A stretch of DNA of 64,000 nucleotides from Schizochytrium sp. TIO01 (GCA_004764695.1 SMSO01000031.1:3758436-3822435), one strand, 5' to 3'; shown: positions 11,193 through 23,562, numbered from the stretch's first letter. The notes: generated by a model from the letters alone, not told the origin. Program-made: numbers and translations.

Positions 11193-13649
11193 CTATCGGT
11201 AATTGCTAGAATACGAATGAGTGGATTGCAATGATGCAGATCGTTGCAGGCCAGCTTGATTAGGGTGAAGCGGTGTTCGTTTGACCTTACGAGCTCCACG
11301 CAGAAGATAGTGAAGACTTGGGGTGTTTGGAATAAGCTCAAACTTAAGCCACGGATTTACTTTCGACGCAGCTTCGAGATGGGCGCGCTTGCGTTTTCGC
11401 TTTGAAGGAAACTTGAGAGCCACGCCACCTGGATGTGTTGAACGAACGCTTGCAGCCGTAGCAACGCCTGCTGGTGGCGGTGCGGGTTGGCGATTGAGGT
11501 CAGCAGTCATACGACCGGAAAGAGTGCACAAAGGGAATACAGGAATCGAATTTCCGGCTGCTCCTAGCCCATCGATGCCCCCCCCTGCACCTGCAGGCGC
11601 AAATGAGTTTGAGACATTGTTCTGCGCATTTGCTGGAGAACCAGATGCGGTCAAGCTGTATGGTCTACTAGCCAAACCTTGGCCAAAGGTAAGACCACCT
11701 GCACCTCCGTTGTTGCCGTCGCCAGATGACGCTGACATAGGACTTCTAGTCCACCAGGTCGGATGTGTGCCATCAGCGCTCCCCTGTGTTGATGAATTGC
11801 CTTGTGAAGTTGCACCTCTTTGGATCTCGCGCTCCCATTCACGAAATACATCGGGAGGTGTGGCTAAAGCAACGAAGCGAATCGCACCTTGTAAGAGGTC
11901 TGCGTACGGTTCGAAAACAACATCACTCTGAAGGACTTCATCGACGACCCTTGACCAGTAGAGTACCCTGAGATTAATACTACAAAGCTTCCAGAATTCG
12001 CGAATGTTGAGTTCGCTCATGAAAGGTGCCAGTTGAAGGAGCTTGGATACAAAGAGATAGCAGACAAACAGAGGAAGCGGACCCTTAAATTTTGGAAGCC
12101 GTGCGATAGTTTCCGTGTGCATTGACTTCATAACATTAACCATGACAGTAAGAAAACGATCACCAGAGATGATGTCAGCCTCAAGTTGAGCACGGGCTAG
12201 AGCCCATAGGTATTCAAACTGACTCAGCTTCAGTTCATTGAGTTTGTTCTTGGATGTCATTTGCTGAGAAGAAATGCTCATTACTTCAGTTCTTCCACGA
12301 CCTGCATCGTTGTTAAGTCCAAATCCTCTACGACGTTCAGGCCTGTTATAAGGTTCTCCAATCTCAGAGAGTACCTTTATAATAGTTTCACAAAGGTATA
12401 TAGTCCAAGATTGTTTCACGCCATCCACATCTTCAGGAGATGGACCCCAAAATCCAGTAACTTGGCCATATGCGCCTCTGGTAGTGGGTTCCTTGGTCTT
12501 CAGATATGCCAAGCGAACCCACCACCCTGCTCGAAGTGGAGACACAATTCGACTAAAGAGATCCTGAGCGACTGGGTTGTTTGTCCTGGCAACTGATGAG
12601 CGAGTCTGAATTTGTCGCACCGGAATTTTTGATGATGCTTCGACAAGTGTTGCAAAGGACTCACCACATTCCTGTAACCTTTCCAAAAAGCGATCTGTTT
12701 CTTGATCATTGTCTGGAACAACAACAGACTGGAAGAACTTGTTGAGTCCATCCATACGATACACAACCTCTTTCGCACGCTCTTCTTCCCATTCGTCAAA
12801 CATTGCATTAATGTGTTCTGCTAAGCTCTGCACTGATTTGGACTCGCGTCTTAAGTTTTCCTCGAAAAAGGATCTGTATTCATTGCCATCGCTAATGTTT
12901 GGTGGACTTTCCACGTAACCTGACGTATTTGTATTATTAAGCGTTTCAGGAAAGCGAATATCATCTTTCAGCGGTGCTGGATCAAATCCCTATTGTTGTG
13001 ATTAATTTATAGAGGAGAATTGTATCAGAGAGCAAGCAGATAACAAACATACGCAATGGTTTGGTTGCAGTAATATCACATAGTTGGCATGAATGCACAC
13101 GAGCAAATAAGTTAGTGTTCTCTCCCTTTGAATAGCTTTTCCATGTTCGGTTCTCAAGGGAATCCAGTTGATTCCATCACAAATCTCCCAAAGATTTTCC
13201 GGGGATTGTCAAACGACCTAAGTCGCGCTTTATAAGCTAATCCTTTCCTGCCTTAGGGGTGATGTATGTTCTCAAATTACATGTGTGCCGACGAAGCGAA
13301 TAATGATTCATGATCTAGATGATTTGGTTGCTCTCTGGTTTTGATTACCATGTGCAGATAGACGAGGCGTGTTGTGGCGCAGTCTCTGGTCCTAGAGAGA
13401 TCAATTCTAAGCCCCACATGCGTTGTCTGCTCTCGAATAATAACGAGAACAGTGTTCGGATCATTTATGGGTGTGGATGTTTCAACTTACAGGTAATCCC
13501 AGCGAAGGTTTAAGTACGGCCTCTTTATCTCGAGGGAACCGCGTGAATTTGTAGATCTTTTCTAGCGACTCAGCAGACAGCAGCTGCTGCAGGTCCACCG
13601 CAGAGTCTGCCCCACCAGCGGCATGGCTGCCGCCTGTGCTGGAGGCCAT
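11193..13649 (-). CDS. MED12: Mediator subunit 12-like protein; exons 13649-13491 and 12989-11193, ~651 aa
   Basis: The spliced N-terminus LKPSLGLP|GFDPAPLKDD...SGYVESPPNISDGNEYRS parallels the MED12 N-terminal motif (LGPPDVYPQ...). Med12-domain-like segments VSPLRAGWWVRLAYL and FEYLWALARAQLEADIISGDRFL. Phase-0 GT-AG intron. Confidence 0.75.
12990..13490 (-). other. Spliceosomal intron (501 nt) in the MED12-like gene
   Basis: Minus-strand donor CCT|GTAAGT at 13490 and acceptor CAATAG|GGA at 12990. Joining fuses a 53-codon ATG-started exon in frame to the long ORF. Confidence 0.85.
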
Positions 13650-14958
13650 CCCACGATGCCTCGCGCCTGCCTTTGCAGGCCAGCCAGCCAGCCAGCAAGT
13701 AGGCTTATCCGCTCTGCTGGAGCCTCCAAGTGGAGAACGGCGAGGTTGAGGAGGAGGAGAAGGAGTTGCAGATGGAGAAGGAGCAGGAGGAGACGGAGGA
13801 GATGAGGATGGACGCTAACAACAAGAAAGACAAAGTAATACAGATAACAAGAGCAACAACAGAAGGAAAAAGGAAGAAGGAAGGAAAAAGGAAAGGGGGA
13901 GACCACTATTAGGTTTTATGAGTAGATAGAGGTTAAGAGGGAGTACTACCGTTGATTGTAGTGGGGCTCTTATAATTCTTAATCTTCTTTCTCTCAACCC
14001 TTTTTACAAAGGCCTAATAGTTACTGCTATCTATGTATCGTTTTGGTTATATGTATTTGTATAGATTTAAAAGAAGAAGATTTTCATTATAAAGGTTAGC
14101 CAGCTATGGTTTTGAAGAGCTAGCTAAGCAACTACTACCTACCTAGTAGTATTTACTCCTGTAGTTGTTTGAGTTAGTCTAGCGCAATTTACCTAAGTGT
14201 CTTGGCAAGACTTTTTACCGAAGTTAGAAGGTTTAAATTCATTACTTCTGACTAGTGAAAGTGACCGTCTATAGAGTGATGAATGATGTTATCTAGCATC
14301 GGGCTACCTACCTACGTACCTATACTTCGATACCCAATTTTACTCTAGACTCGGAGAGAAAGGCTATGTTTCAAACCTATCAATCCTTTCACATTGTTAC
14401 TTGGGATACTTAGCATAGTAAGTGCTCTTTCATCCTTTTACTTTTGAACACCAAAAAAATAAGTCCAATCACACACTCAAACATGTGCATCCACGATGAT
14501 GCACCAGACACCGTTTGCTGTTGTAAGAGCTTGGCTTTCAGTTGTGCATTTGATTACGAGCTTCAAAATGCCTGAGTTCCGAAATTGCTTTTCCTCACCT
14601 GAGGATTTCGATCGTCCATACGTAGGATTATACCATCCAACATCGCTTCGAACTTTAACACAGTGTAGACAAATAGCATGCCAGTGAAAGATGACCAATA
14701 TTATAATTGCTCAAGTTGAGTTTCAGGAGGCGAAGGATGGTGTGCTGAGAGGTAGACGATAATTGGAGATTGCAATATCAAGGTTAGGATTATCTAAAGA
14801 CTTTAACAAGCACGAGATATCAAGATCAAGTGCTAAATGTCATCATTTCTGTGTATTTGTTTTTCATTTCAGATTGTGCAACGTAACGAGTACTTGTAAC
14901 AGTTTCCCAACTTGCTGCAAATCCTGACGAAAGCCAGCAAACGAGTGACATGATTATA

Positions 14959-16752
14959 TTAATGCGATGAAGAGACAACGTCTGCATCACTTTGCATAAG
15001 TGCAGTAAGAAAATCACCAAGTCCAGGCTTGGGAGGTGCTGTACTTTCTGTATCACTTCCATCGTCACTCTCGTCATCGCTGTCTCTTTCGCTCACCGCT
15101 TCCTCAGCGTCATTTTGAACAGGATGCCAACCAGCCTTTGCTGTTGGCTTTGCAGATGACTTCCCTAAAGCCAAGGTAGATGGTTTCACGTTTTGTTTAC
15201 GATCCTCTAAATTATGTATACGTGCACCACCACGTGTAAACGAGTCTAAAGTGGGTAGATCTTGAGCATCTGTGGAAAATGTTTGCTGTGGAGAGCGCCC
15301 CGAAGTAGGCTGAGTTTTAGTGATTTTTACCTGATAAGAAGGTGCCAAGAAGGATGAAATGGTTGGTTGACTTAAAATTTGTGGACTCAGACTCAAATCT
15401 TCAAGATCGTCAATTCCAGTCAAGTAGCATATGGCTGCACGAAATTGATAAAGCAGATAGTGAAGGTCATTTGGAATGGGCGACGCATGAAATACCTGCA
15501 TGTACTGCAAATTAGCCAGTACATGAACAGCACCTACGCTTGATGACGGCAGATTAGCAAGACGGTTAACAAATGTGCTTAAGATATTGTCCGCATTAAG
15601 AGTAAAATCCCCATTTACTGAGGACACACGAAGATAATCTCTTATAAACTCCAGTTTAGCCAAAGGACAACGTTGGCGATTCAAATCCTCAAAAAACTGC
15701 ACACTGCTTCTTTCTGCAGACGAATCCAGATTGTCTTTATGTTGAGCCAGCTTGGCAAAAATATATTGCTCTTGGCTGGAATAACAGTTTACGAGTGCTC
15801 CAAAAACCATATCGTGAACTCCAAGAAAAGCAAATGCTTCAACAGCTCGCCGTAGCATAGCCCGAAACCGCTTATTGGAAGCAGCAAGCCCAAAACGCAC
15901 GCGATTCTTTATAACTAAATTGTCCAAGGTGGACTCAATATTCACATTCATTTTCCGGGCGAAATCATCGATGCCAACCTTGTTGGCAACAAGAACATAG
16001 TTGTGCCGAAAATTCTCTGTAAATTCTTCTAGCTTCCTCAATGCTGCGCTATTGTTTCTGTCACGATTCAAAACAAACATCCAGTCGTCTACCGAACGTG
16101 TTTCATCAAAAACGGGCGTACCGTCTTCGGGAAAGAACGACACTGTTTCAGGTGGAAGATACGAGTCTAGTTGCTTTGTAATAATTGGCCGATCAATGAC
16201 AAGGACTTTGTAGGAGCCACTGCCTCCGAAGCATGACTCTTCCGCAACAATGCGATATTTGTCTGTAGGCGTTGGGTCACTGCCTTGACGCACAACAGTA
16301 ACGAGACCTTTCTCCAGGATGATTCGATCGCCAGAGAAGTTTACGTGCTCACCCCGCAAGTAAGGAGACGCATGTACAACATGTTTGCGAAGCAAATCCA
16401 TTGAGAGTTGAAGTGGCTTTCGGTTTTCATTCACGAGTGACGACGCAATAGGGACCAAAATGTACCACGCCAGCTCACTCGCTTGCTGCTCAAAATTTGC
16501 GACTCGCTCTTGCAAAGCAAGAAACAAAGGATTTGCCCAAAATCCTTCATCTTCGTCCTCAAAGTCCACATCTAGCGTATTTAAGTGGTGGTTGGAGTCC
16601 TTTGCAGCATTCGCTCCTACTGACTGTTCAGTAACTCGTGTATGCTCAGAGCTCGTATCAGATGCGTCTTTCGAAACGTGTGACATTAAAGTAGACGTTT
16701 TACCGGTGTTTGCAGTGTCATCTTGCGTTTCCATGCGTTTGGTTTGTCGCAT
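14959..16752 (-). CDS. VPS9-domain Rab GEF, VARP/ANKRD27-like N-terminus, no ankyrin repeats
   Basis: NPLFLALQ...YILVP resembles the VARP N-terminus. VPS9 motifs CPLAKLEFI, LNADNILSTF, LANLQYMQVF and YLLYQFRAAICYL. Confidence 0.8.
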   Translation of the reverse strand: MRQTKRMETQDDTANTGKTSTLMSHVSKDASDTSSEHTRVTEQSVGANAAKDSNHHLNTLDVDFEDEDEGFWANPLFLALQERVANFEQQASELAWYILVPIASSLVNENRKPLQLSMDLLRKHVVHASPYLRGEHVNFSGDRIILEKGLVTVVRQGSDPTPTDKYRIVAEESCFGGSGSYKVLVIDRPIITKQLDSYLPPETVSFFPEDGTPVFDETRSVDDWMFVLNRDRNNSAALRKLEEFTENFRHNYVLVANKVGIDDFARKMNVNIESTLDNLVIKNRVRFGLAASNKRFRAMLRRAVEAFAFLGVHDMVFGALVNCYSSQEQYIFAKLAQHKDNLDSSAERSSVQFFEDLNRQRCPLAKLEFIRDYLRVSSVNGDFTLNADNILSTFVNRLANLPSSSVGAVHVLANLQYMQVFHASPIPNDLHYLLYQFRAAICYLTGIDDLEDLSLSPQILSQPTISSFLAPSYQVKITKTQPTSGRSPQQTFSTDAQDLPTLDSFTRGGARIHNLEDRKQNVKPSTLALGKSSAKPTAKAGWHPVQNDAEEAVSERDSDDESDDGSDTESTAPPKPGLGDFLTALMQSDADVVSSSH

Positions 16753-18401
16753 CGGCCGACTCGAAAATAAAAGTAGACTCAGATATGCCCAGCAAAGATT
16801 GGCAAAGGTCAGTTAAACAGCGTGTCCTTCACCTCAATGTTCTGCTTTAAGGTCCGGAGAGACTTTGCTAGGAAGCCTCGAGAGTCAATTTATAGTGCCG
16901 CACTCTTATTCACGCCAGGCCACTTGTATCAAGGAAAGACTTATTTATAACAGCAACGTCAACAAGCCCAGTTGCAACTTTAATAATCTACCTAGTCGAG
17001 ACACAAGCTTTCGCAACTACTTGCAGTTCTAGCACGATCAAATTCAAAGATGACTAGGTGTAGATGCCTGAATATTTACCAGTGTTATGAAACATAGCTA
17101 GATTTGGTGCTATCAGTGCTATAGGTATGGCATGAATTCTTTGCCGGGGTGACTGTCCACAGAGAAAGCACGATTTTATAAGATATGTGAAAATACAGCT
17201 AGACTCGTATATAAGGACTATTATCATATAGTAACCAGCTAATATTGGTGCATAATTTAACTAACTCATAAATAATTAAATAAATAAATACTAGGCCCCG
17301 AGAAATAGTATAAATGACTGGAGAAACCCATTCGACGGTGAACCAATGTTCCTGTTGGTTATTTATATTGTAAATACATGACATAAAGATTGATGGTGGC
17401 GAGGAAACCAGGGCTGGGCGTGGCAAAGAAGACCAGCAAAACCTCTGGGATTGCAGCAAATCCGAAATGAGGACTCACCATGCCCAATGAGATTCCTCAT
17501 TGGATGTATCTAATGGTACGTTGGTTTCCAGCTGTGAAGAGTGACTATCTCTCTTAACGTAGTAGTACCTTCCAGACTTCCGCAGCAGTTGTTTACAAGC
17601 AACTACACAACAGCGGAATTAGGGAGGTTGGTCATCGAAGATAAGCCAGCCTAGATGAGATATGACTGGCCAGTGAGGAAAGAGATTCTGGCAGAATCAC
17701 CTCTGTCCAAAGGGCAAGGTGTTGATTGATACAAAAAATCTTTATTATCCAGTTGATCCTACTGAGGTCCAGATAAAAGTCATGGTGGCGGAACCAATCA
17801 AAATTCCTACTCCCCGGTATAATACGGGGGAACCAAGGTAGATTTGAGTTTGTTGCATTGAATCGACTGAGAATTAATAGAGATAGTGCGGTGATGATTC
17901 CGTTTTTTATAAGTTTCAGCCTTGTCTGAACGGCCCATGTAGATGAAATCTTGACTACGATGGACTGAGCACGCTTCTCCTATTTAAATCTCTTCCTTTT
18001 AATGCTTCCGGTACCTTCGATGGATCCATTATCTTAAAACCCGGTGTTGCAGGTTGCTTAGTTATGACCAATTGAGTTGATTAGTATTGTTTCCGTGCTT
18101 AGAAAAGTTGCAATGCCCTAGCGGCATGCAGCAATACACTTCATAAGCTATGGACCAATAGTTGTGGGTTGCGTACCAAAATATTCATGTGATACAGCGA
18201 TAACTAACTCTGCCAATCGGTTTCGATTTACCCTTATTACAGGCCTATTTAAAATATTGGTGAAAACTAACCTCATCATATATGTAAGCAATGCTCGCTT
18301 CACTTAGACAACGGGCATATGGCAAGTGAGTATGTTCAAATACACGCAGCTCACAGTGCAGAGTCTTTAGCAGATCGAGCGCTGCGTTTTTGTCATGAAA
18401 C

Positions 18402-19001
18402 TTAAAGCTCGTGGACATTGGACTTTTCCCACAGAGCAAATTTATCGTTGATACACTTTGAGATAGTCTTGCAAGAGTTGCTTACTGCACCTCTTGTTCC
18501 AACCTTGCATACTTGTTGGATTCGTGGGCGAGGGAGTTCATTTTCGTATGCTTGGCACTCCTTGAACGCTTGTGCATCACCCGAGGTCCGACACTGTTTT
18601 CGAATGAAATCCTTTTCATTTGATCCGAGATCGCACATGTTCTGTGCCATCTTAATACAAGGTGCTTGGCAAGCTCGAAAGATTGTAGGTCTTGGCATTT
18701 CTTGATGAGCGAATCGACATTCAGAATTGCAATAGTCAATTGCCTGTGAGCGGCAATCATTCTGGCATGTTAGTAGAATTTCAGTTGGAATTGCCTGCTC
18801 CATCGACTTAGTTGTATTTGTTGTAGTCGCCACCTCTGCAGGAGTTGGAGTTAGCATCCAAGCTTGAAATGCATACACGCTGTAAACAGTGACAAGTAGT
18901 GCCATGACAACTCCAGCAATTGAGACTCTCCGATGGAGTGCCTTTTGGCGCTTCTCCTTCTCCATCTCCTTCCAGTACTTGTCGGCTTCAGAATTCCACA
19001 T
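18402..19001 (-). CDS. Hypothetical single-pass membrane protein with a Cys-rich internally repeated domain
   Basis: ATG-started 199-aa ORF: charged N-terminus, one TM helix (VSIAGVVMALLVTVYSVYAF), a Thr-rich stalk, then two C..(M/L)PRP...C units. Confidence 0.75.
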   Translation of the reverse strand: MWNSEADKYWKEMEKEKRQKALHRRVSIAGVVMALLVTVYSVYAFQAWMLTPTPAEVATTTNTTKSMEQAIPTEILLTCQNDCRSQAIDYCNSECRFAHQEMPRPTIFRACQAPCIKMAQNMCDLGSNEKDFIRKQCRTSGDAQAFKECQAYENELPRPRIQQVCKVGTRGAVSNSCKTISKCINDKFALWEKSNVHEL

Positions 19002-19732
19002 TTTCGTGTACTATGCTTAGTGATGTGTCGTTTCTCAGAAAGTCTTGCCTGCTTTACAAGCGGGTTAAAAGCTGCTGTGTTGTCTCCCGTTCCCTTTCGC
19101 TCTTCGAAACCCCTCTTGATCTTCGCGTAGGGTATGCAAATAAATAGCAAACTGGTGGCAAGTTCGCCACAAGATATGTGTTGCTTATTTCCTCCGTTGT
19201 CCCTCGAAAATTCTATGCAACGTTTCGATTCTGCAGAACGTCTGTGTTGATGTTACGTGAGTATGCGTTTAGTACGTAAGAAGCGTTGGATGAGGATTAA
19301 GAGATTTATGTTTTCAGTAAATATTGGAATAAAAAGATCCGTTGACAAATTTCGGCGCCTCTTTGCGCCGCAAATCTGAGAAATGCCTTTTTTTTTCTCT
19401 TTGTTCCTTTTATTCAACTTGCCAAGTTGACCTAAAGTAAAGAAAAGAGATTAAAAAGCATCAGCATTGTTATAGAATGTGCGCCAGCCAGCCCAGCAAC
19501 TGCATCTAACCGATTTTGTTGCAACAATAGCCTTGACTGGCCTCATAAGCATCTCTGCGTTAATACGTTGCTGTATTTAACTGTGATTGATAACCTGCTG
19601 TTGGTTGTACCTTCATCCGCCTGGCCCAATCAAGGCGTCGTTTTTGAGGAATTCTCCAGCCTGTCTTGCAACGGAGGCCTTTTTGAGTGTTGAGACGTGC
19701 GTAGTGTAGTCCCTGTAAACTTTATTCAGCAT

Positions 19733-21031
19733 ATGTCTAGCCCTGTAGAAAAGATCAGCAAGTTTCTTGCTGGTGGGGAGTGTCCAAACCTTTTCGGGTT
19801 GCTGTTGGTTCACCTGAGTATATTTACCTATTCCCTTGCATTCTGGATACAGCGCCCTGTTTTATCATATCTCAGCAATGAATTGGGAGGGGATGCAGTA
19901 GACTTTGGAACCTTGGAAAGTGTTTTGTCTATGCTCGCTCTTGTAGGCGGCCCAGTCATGGGAAGACTGACCGACGAGTATGGAGCTAAAAATACTATTA
20001 TAGCGAGCCACATTGGTAGTTTTATCATGTATTTACTCATGGGTATTGCAAGCAACTATACAATCTTGGCTTTGAGCAGACTTCCAGCATTGCTTCAGCA
20101 TGCTATGCTTTGCTCACAAGCTGCAATTGCTGACCTAACAGTCGAAAAGAACAGATCAACTGCAATGGGTCGCCTTAGCCTTTCCTATGCAGGCGGAATG
20201 GTGATTGGTTCGTTTATTGGAGGGGAGATTGGAAGCACACTCGGGTACCAAAGCGCTGCACTTGTAGCTGCTGCTGTCACTGCAGCTACCATCGCTGCTA
20301 TTGTGATATTCATGCCACATTTTGGTACCACAGCACCTTCGATGTCTTCGAAAGAGACTAAACAAGCTAAGAAAACTGAAGCTAGTACTCTGAGTGCGCT
20401 TGATCAGATTAAAACCTTTTGGAGTGTAGCAAAAACACCCCGTGTTCGTAATTTACTATTCATGTTACTTCCAATGTCGATTGGTATTGGGGGGTTTAGG
20501 TCTATGCTGCCATTGGCTGCGGAAAAGGTTTTCGGGCTCGTCCCTTCATCAATGGGTAAATATATATCGTTTGCAGCATTCGTAGGTCTTTTAACCAACG
20601 TCTTCATTATCTCCCCCGTCACGAAAAGTCTTGGTGAGGCGAATGCTGTAGCTTTATCGGCTTTAGTTCAACTCATTGGATACAGCTTGATGTCCATGGT
20701 CTCGAGCTACGAAGGTTTAATGGTTCTTACAGTCCCAATGACGGCATCGAGTACACTTTTATATACACTTAGCTCCTCATTAATGTCTCTAGCTGTGGAG
20801 CGTAACAATACGGCCACGGCGATTGCGATGTCGCATGGCTTACGTTCCTTTGTTGGAATTGTGTCTCCTATTCTGGGAGGATACCTTTATGATACGTATG
20901 AGTTTTCTGGTGTCACTCAAGTTGCAGCAATCCTTGCTGGTGTAACACTTGTCGTGACACAAACGATTGCCTTCCAGTCCTTGCGTGAGTTGATGGCACG
21001 GAAGGCAGAATCTAGCAAGAGGCAAGATTGA
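19733..21031 (+). CDS. Major facilitator superfamily transporter (DHA1/TetA/SLC22A18-like)
   Basis: About 12 hydrophobic helices; motif A GRLTDEYGAK; AAIADLT...RSTAMGRL...GMVIGSFIGG; VSPILGGYLYD. First ATG at 19733. Confidence 0.92.
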   Translation: MSSPVEKISKFLAGGECPNLFGLLLVHLSIFTYSLAFWIQRPVLSYLSNELGGDAVDFGTLESVLSMLALVGGPVMGRLTDEYGAKNTIIASHIGSFIMYLLMGIASNYTILALSRLPALLQHAMLCSQAAIADLTVEKNRSTAMGRLSLSYAGGMVIGSFIGGEIGSTLGYQSAALVAAAVTAATIAAIVIFMPHFGTTAPSMSSKETKQAKKTEASTLSALDQIKTFWSVAKTPRVRNLLFMLLPMSIGIGGFRSMLPLAAEKVFGLVPSSMGKYISFAAFVGLLTNVFIISPVTKSLGEANAVALSALVQLIGYSLMSMVSSYEGLMVLTVPMTASSTLLYTLSSSLMSLAVERNNTATAIAMSHGLRSFVGIVSPILGGYLYDTYEFSGVTQVAAILAGVTLVVTQTIAFQSLRELMARKAESSKRQD

Positions 21032-21721
21032 ACCCATATTCTTTTACTGAAAGACTTTTTAGTATCTATGATAAATTGAAGCTGATGCCAGATGTTACTA
21101 TCAGTTGGTAGTGTTCGAAATACAGTTTTGTTTTGAGCGCAGCACACCTTGTCTATAGAAAAGAAAAAAAATGAATGGTTCTAGTTTTATTTACGAAAGG
21201 AATCTCAAACACGAGCCCCGACACAAACAAATCCGCTTTTGTAATTTGAAATTCGGGATATAATTTTTAATCTTTTTGTAAACATATAAAAAATTGAGGA
21301 ATTTGATTGAAGGAGTATGAGGTAAAACTTTAACTATATGTTTGCGCTTGCCGGGCCAAAAGGTTCCAAAGTTGCCTACACATCTGACCCACTCTTTGGT
21401 AGTTATGTCTTTGTTCCTTCTACATGAGGTTTAACTTTTTTCCCTAAGAAGGCCTATGATAGTAGTATGCACCTACTACTATTCAAAGCAGTACCTAATA
21501 AGGAGCTATTATGGCTTAGGGCTTGAGGCGAATCAACGGATCGCAAATGGTTCACAGTATTTTTTAATGATATGAACAAGTAAGGAACTTCATCGCTTCA
21601 CATTTAAAGCACTATGCCATGGCGCTTTGCCTTCAAAGTACCAGTAGCCACATAGTCATTATATGCAGAAACCCTATTTGATTGTGTGAACACAAACGGC
21701 GTAGTTTAAAAGGATTGTAGT

Positions 21722-23562
21722 ATGGCGGACGGTCGCAGTGATGCGGGCGTCAGTCAAGATCGTCGCAACGCACGTGACTCTCTTCAACGTGCTGGGATTT
21801 CTCCAAATCGGTACAACCAAGGCGCAGAAAGGTCTCGCGTAGTCGGTATTCAAAAAAGGCATTCTATGGATTCCAACATTGAGGGGCACTTTCGACGCAA
21901 ACATTTAGACTTTAATCATTCTCTTGAGTCAGATGAGGAAGACAGAGAATTAGAAGAAAAACATCAAGGCTGCAACCAAGTTATTCACTGCGTCACAAAG
22001 TCCCAAGAATTTGATCCTACAGATAAACCTTTGTTATCCAGTACCCAAGGTATATCTGCTGGATCGTCAAGTCCTGTGGAGCACCCTGCTACCTTCTTCA
22101 CCTTCATCTTGCTGCTCGAGTTGCGCTGATTCCACCGGCAAGTCTATACCATTAGCATCATCAGGCTCGCGAGCAAACCATTATGAAAATCACAGTTTAA
22201 CTAACCAAGAGATGGTGTGTAGCGGAAGTAGTATTCAGGCGAGCGCTGCAGGTGCCTCACGCCCCATGTATGAAAACTTACTTCCGTGTTCGCGATCCCT
22301 CAAAAATGGAATTCGGCCTTGCAATGAATCTTCACTCGACCAAGCATTCGCTCAACTCGCGAAAGTTAGTGCTAGCTTTGACAAACAGCTCGATCATCCC
22401 CCATCCATGGCTCTTGATGATGATCAAAATCGTGTGATGCGGATTCCCGCTCGGACACTTCAAGAGTGCAAAACCCAGGAATTGAACGCTATGCTCCAAA
22501 AAAATCGGGGCTCACCCTGAGCAGTTTGCACTCGATATTGAGCAGCGCAGACAACGCGATGCCATGATTGATCCTACACCTTCTCGGCTTGAGGATTTCA
22601 AGGTCCACTCCATTGCTGGTCGGGGTAGCTTCTCCACAGTCTACGTAGCAACAAGGCGCTCGGATGGCAATCAATTTGCACTCAAGAGAGTCAAACTTAC
22701 CGGTGTGGAATCTGAACAAAGTAAAACCAAGAGTGTGAAGGAGATTCGTGTGCTTCAATCACTTCAGCACCCGAACATTATTAAATGCTATGAGCATTTT
22801 CATACGCCAGAAGGGCTTTTTATTGTTCTCGAATGGGCAGTCGCTGGAGATCTTAAGAGAATGTTGAAACGGGTACGTGCAAAACAATCCAGGTTTCACG
22901 AGCGGGTGATTTGGAACTATTTCGCGCAGATTTCATGTGCCCTTGCTTATATGCACGAACACCGAATGATCCATCGAGACATTAAGCCTGCAAATGTCTT
23001 CATTATGCCAGATGGACGAATCAAACTGGGTGACCTTGGCCTCAGCAGAGCTCTGAGTCAAGCAACTGTGCGCGCTTACTCCAAAGTCGGCACACCTCTA
23101 TATATGGCTCCCGAGGTTCTTCAGGGAGCAGGTCATGACTTTAAGTCAGATATTTGGAGCTTAGGCTGCCTCTTGTATGAGTTAGCAATGCTCCACAGCC
23201 CTTTCGAAGTTGGCTGCAAGACAATGAAGTCTCTCTTCACTCGAATCTTACGCGCAGAGTACTTTCCATTGTCCCATACTTATTCGGACATCTTTCACGA
23301 AGTTGTCGCTTCTATTTTCCTGATAGACCCTGAAAATCGACCCACTGCTCAACAAATTTTAGATGTTGCGCAGGCTCGGGTTCACTACTATGAACATGGC
23401 CCTGAAGTCCAAGACGATGACCCTGTATGCTCCCTACTTCACCAACATTCACGTCGAGCTTTTGTAAAAAATCAAGGAACTAAGAAAGGAGACAATCAGT
23501 CTCTTGACACAAAAGCAAAGTCGCTGGCTTTCGGTAAAGGAATCGCATCACGGTCAATTTAA
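21722..23562 (+). CDS. NIMA-related (NEK6/7-like) Ser/Thr kinase with a long N-terminal extension, interrupted by two +1 frameshifts
   Basis: Kinase domain at 22564-23400: GRGSFSTV, ALKRV, HRDIKPAN, KLGDLGL, GTPLYMAPE, FKSDIWSLGCLLYELAML. ORFs 21722-22129, 22011-22520 and 22564-23562 join into one 612-aa frame if one base is removed from CCC (22084-86) and one from A7 (22498-504). The kinase is secure; the N-terminal joining is inferred. Confidence 0.85.

Noticed and set aside
11323-11931. 202-aa antisense ORF over MED12, and similar antisense ORFs over other genes
   Set aside because: Shadow ORFs from codon bias on the opposite strand; no motifs.
14477-14930. Plus-strand frame with two internal stops (MPEFRNCFSS...)
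   Set aside because: No recognisable motif; compatible with chance in 3'-flanking DNA.
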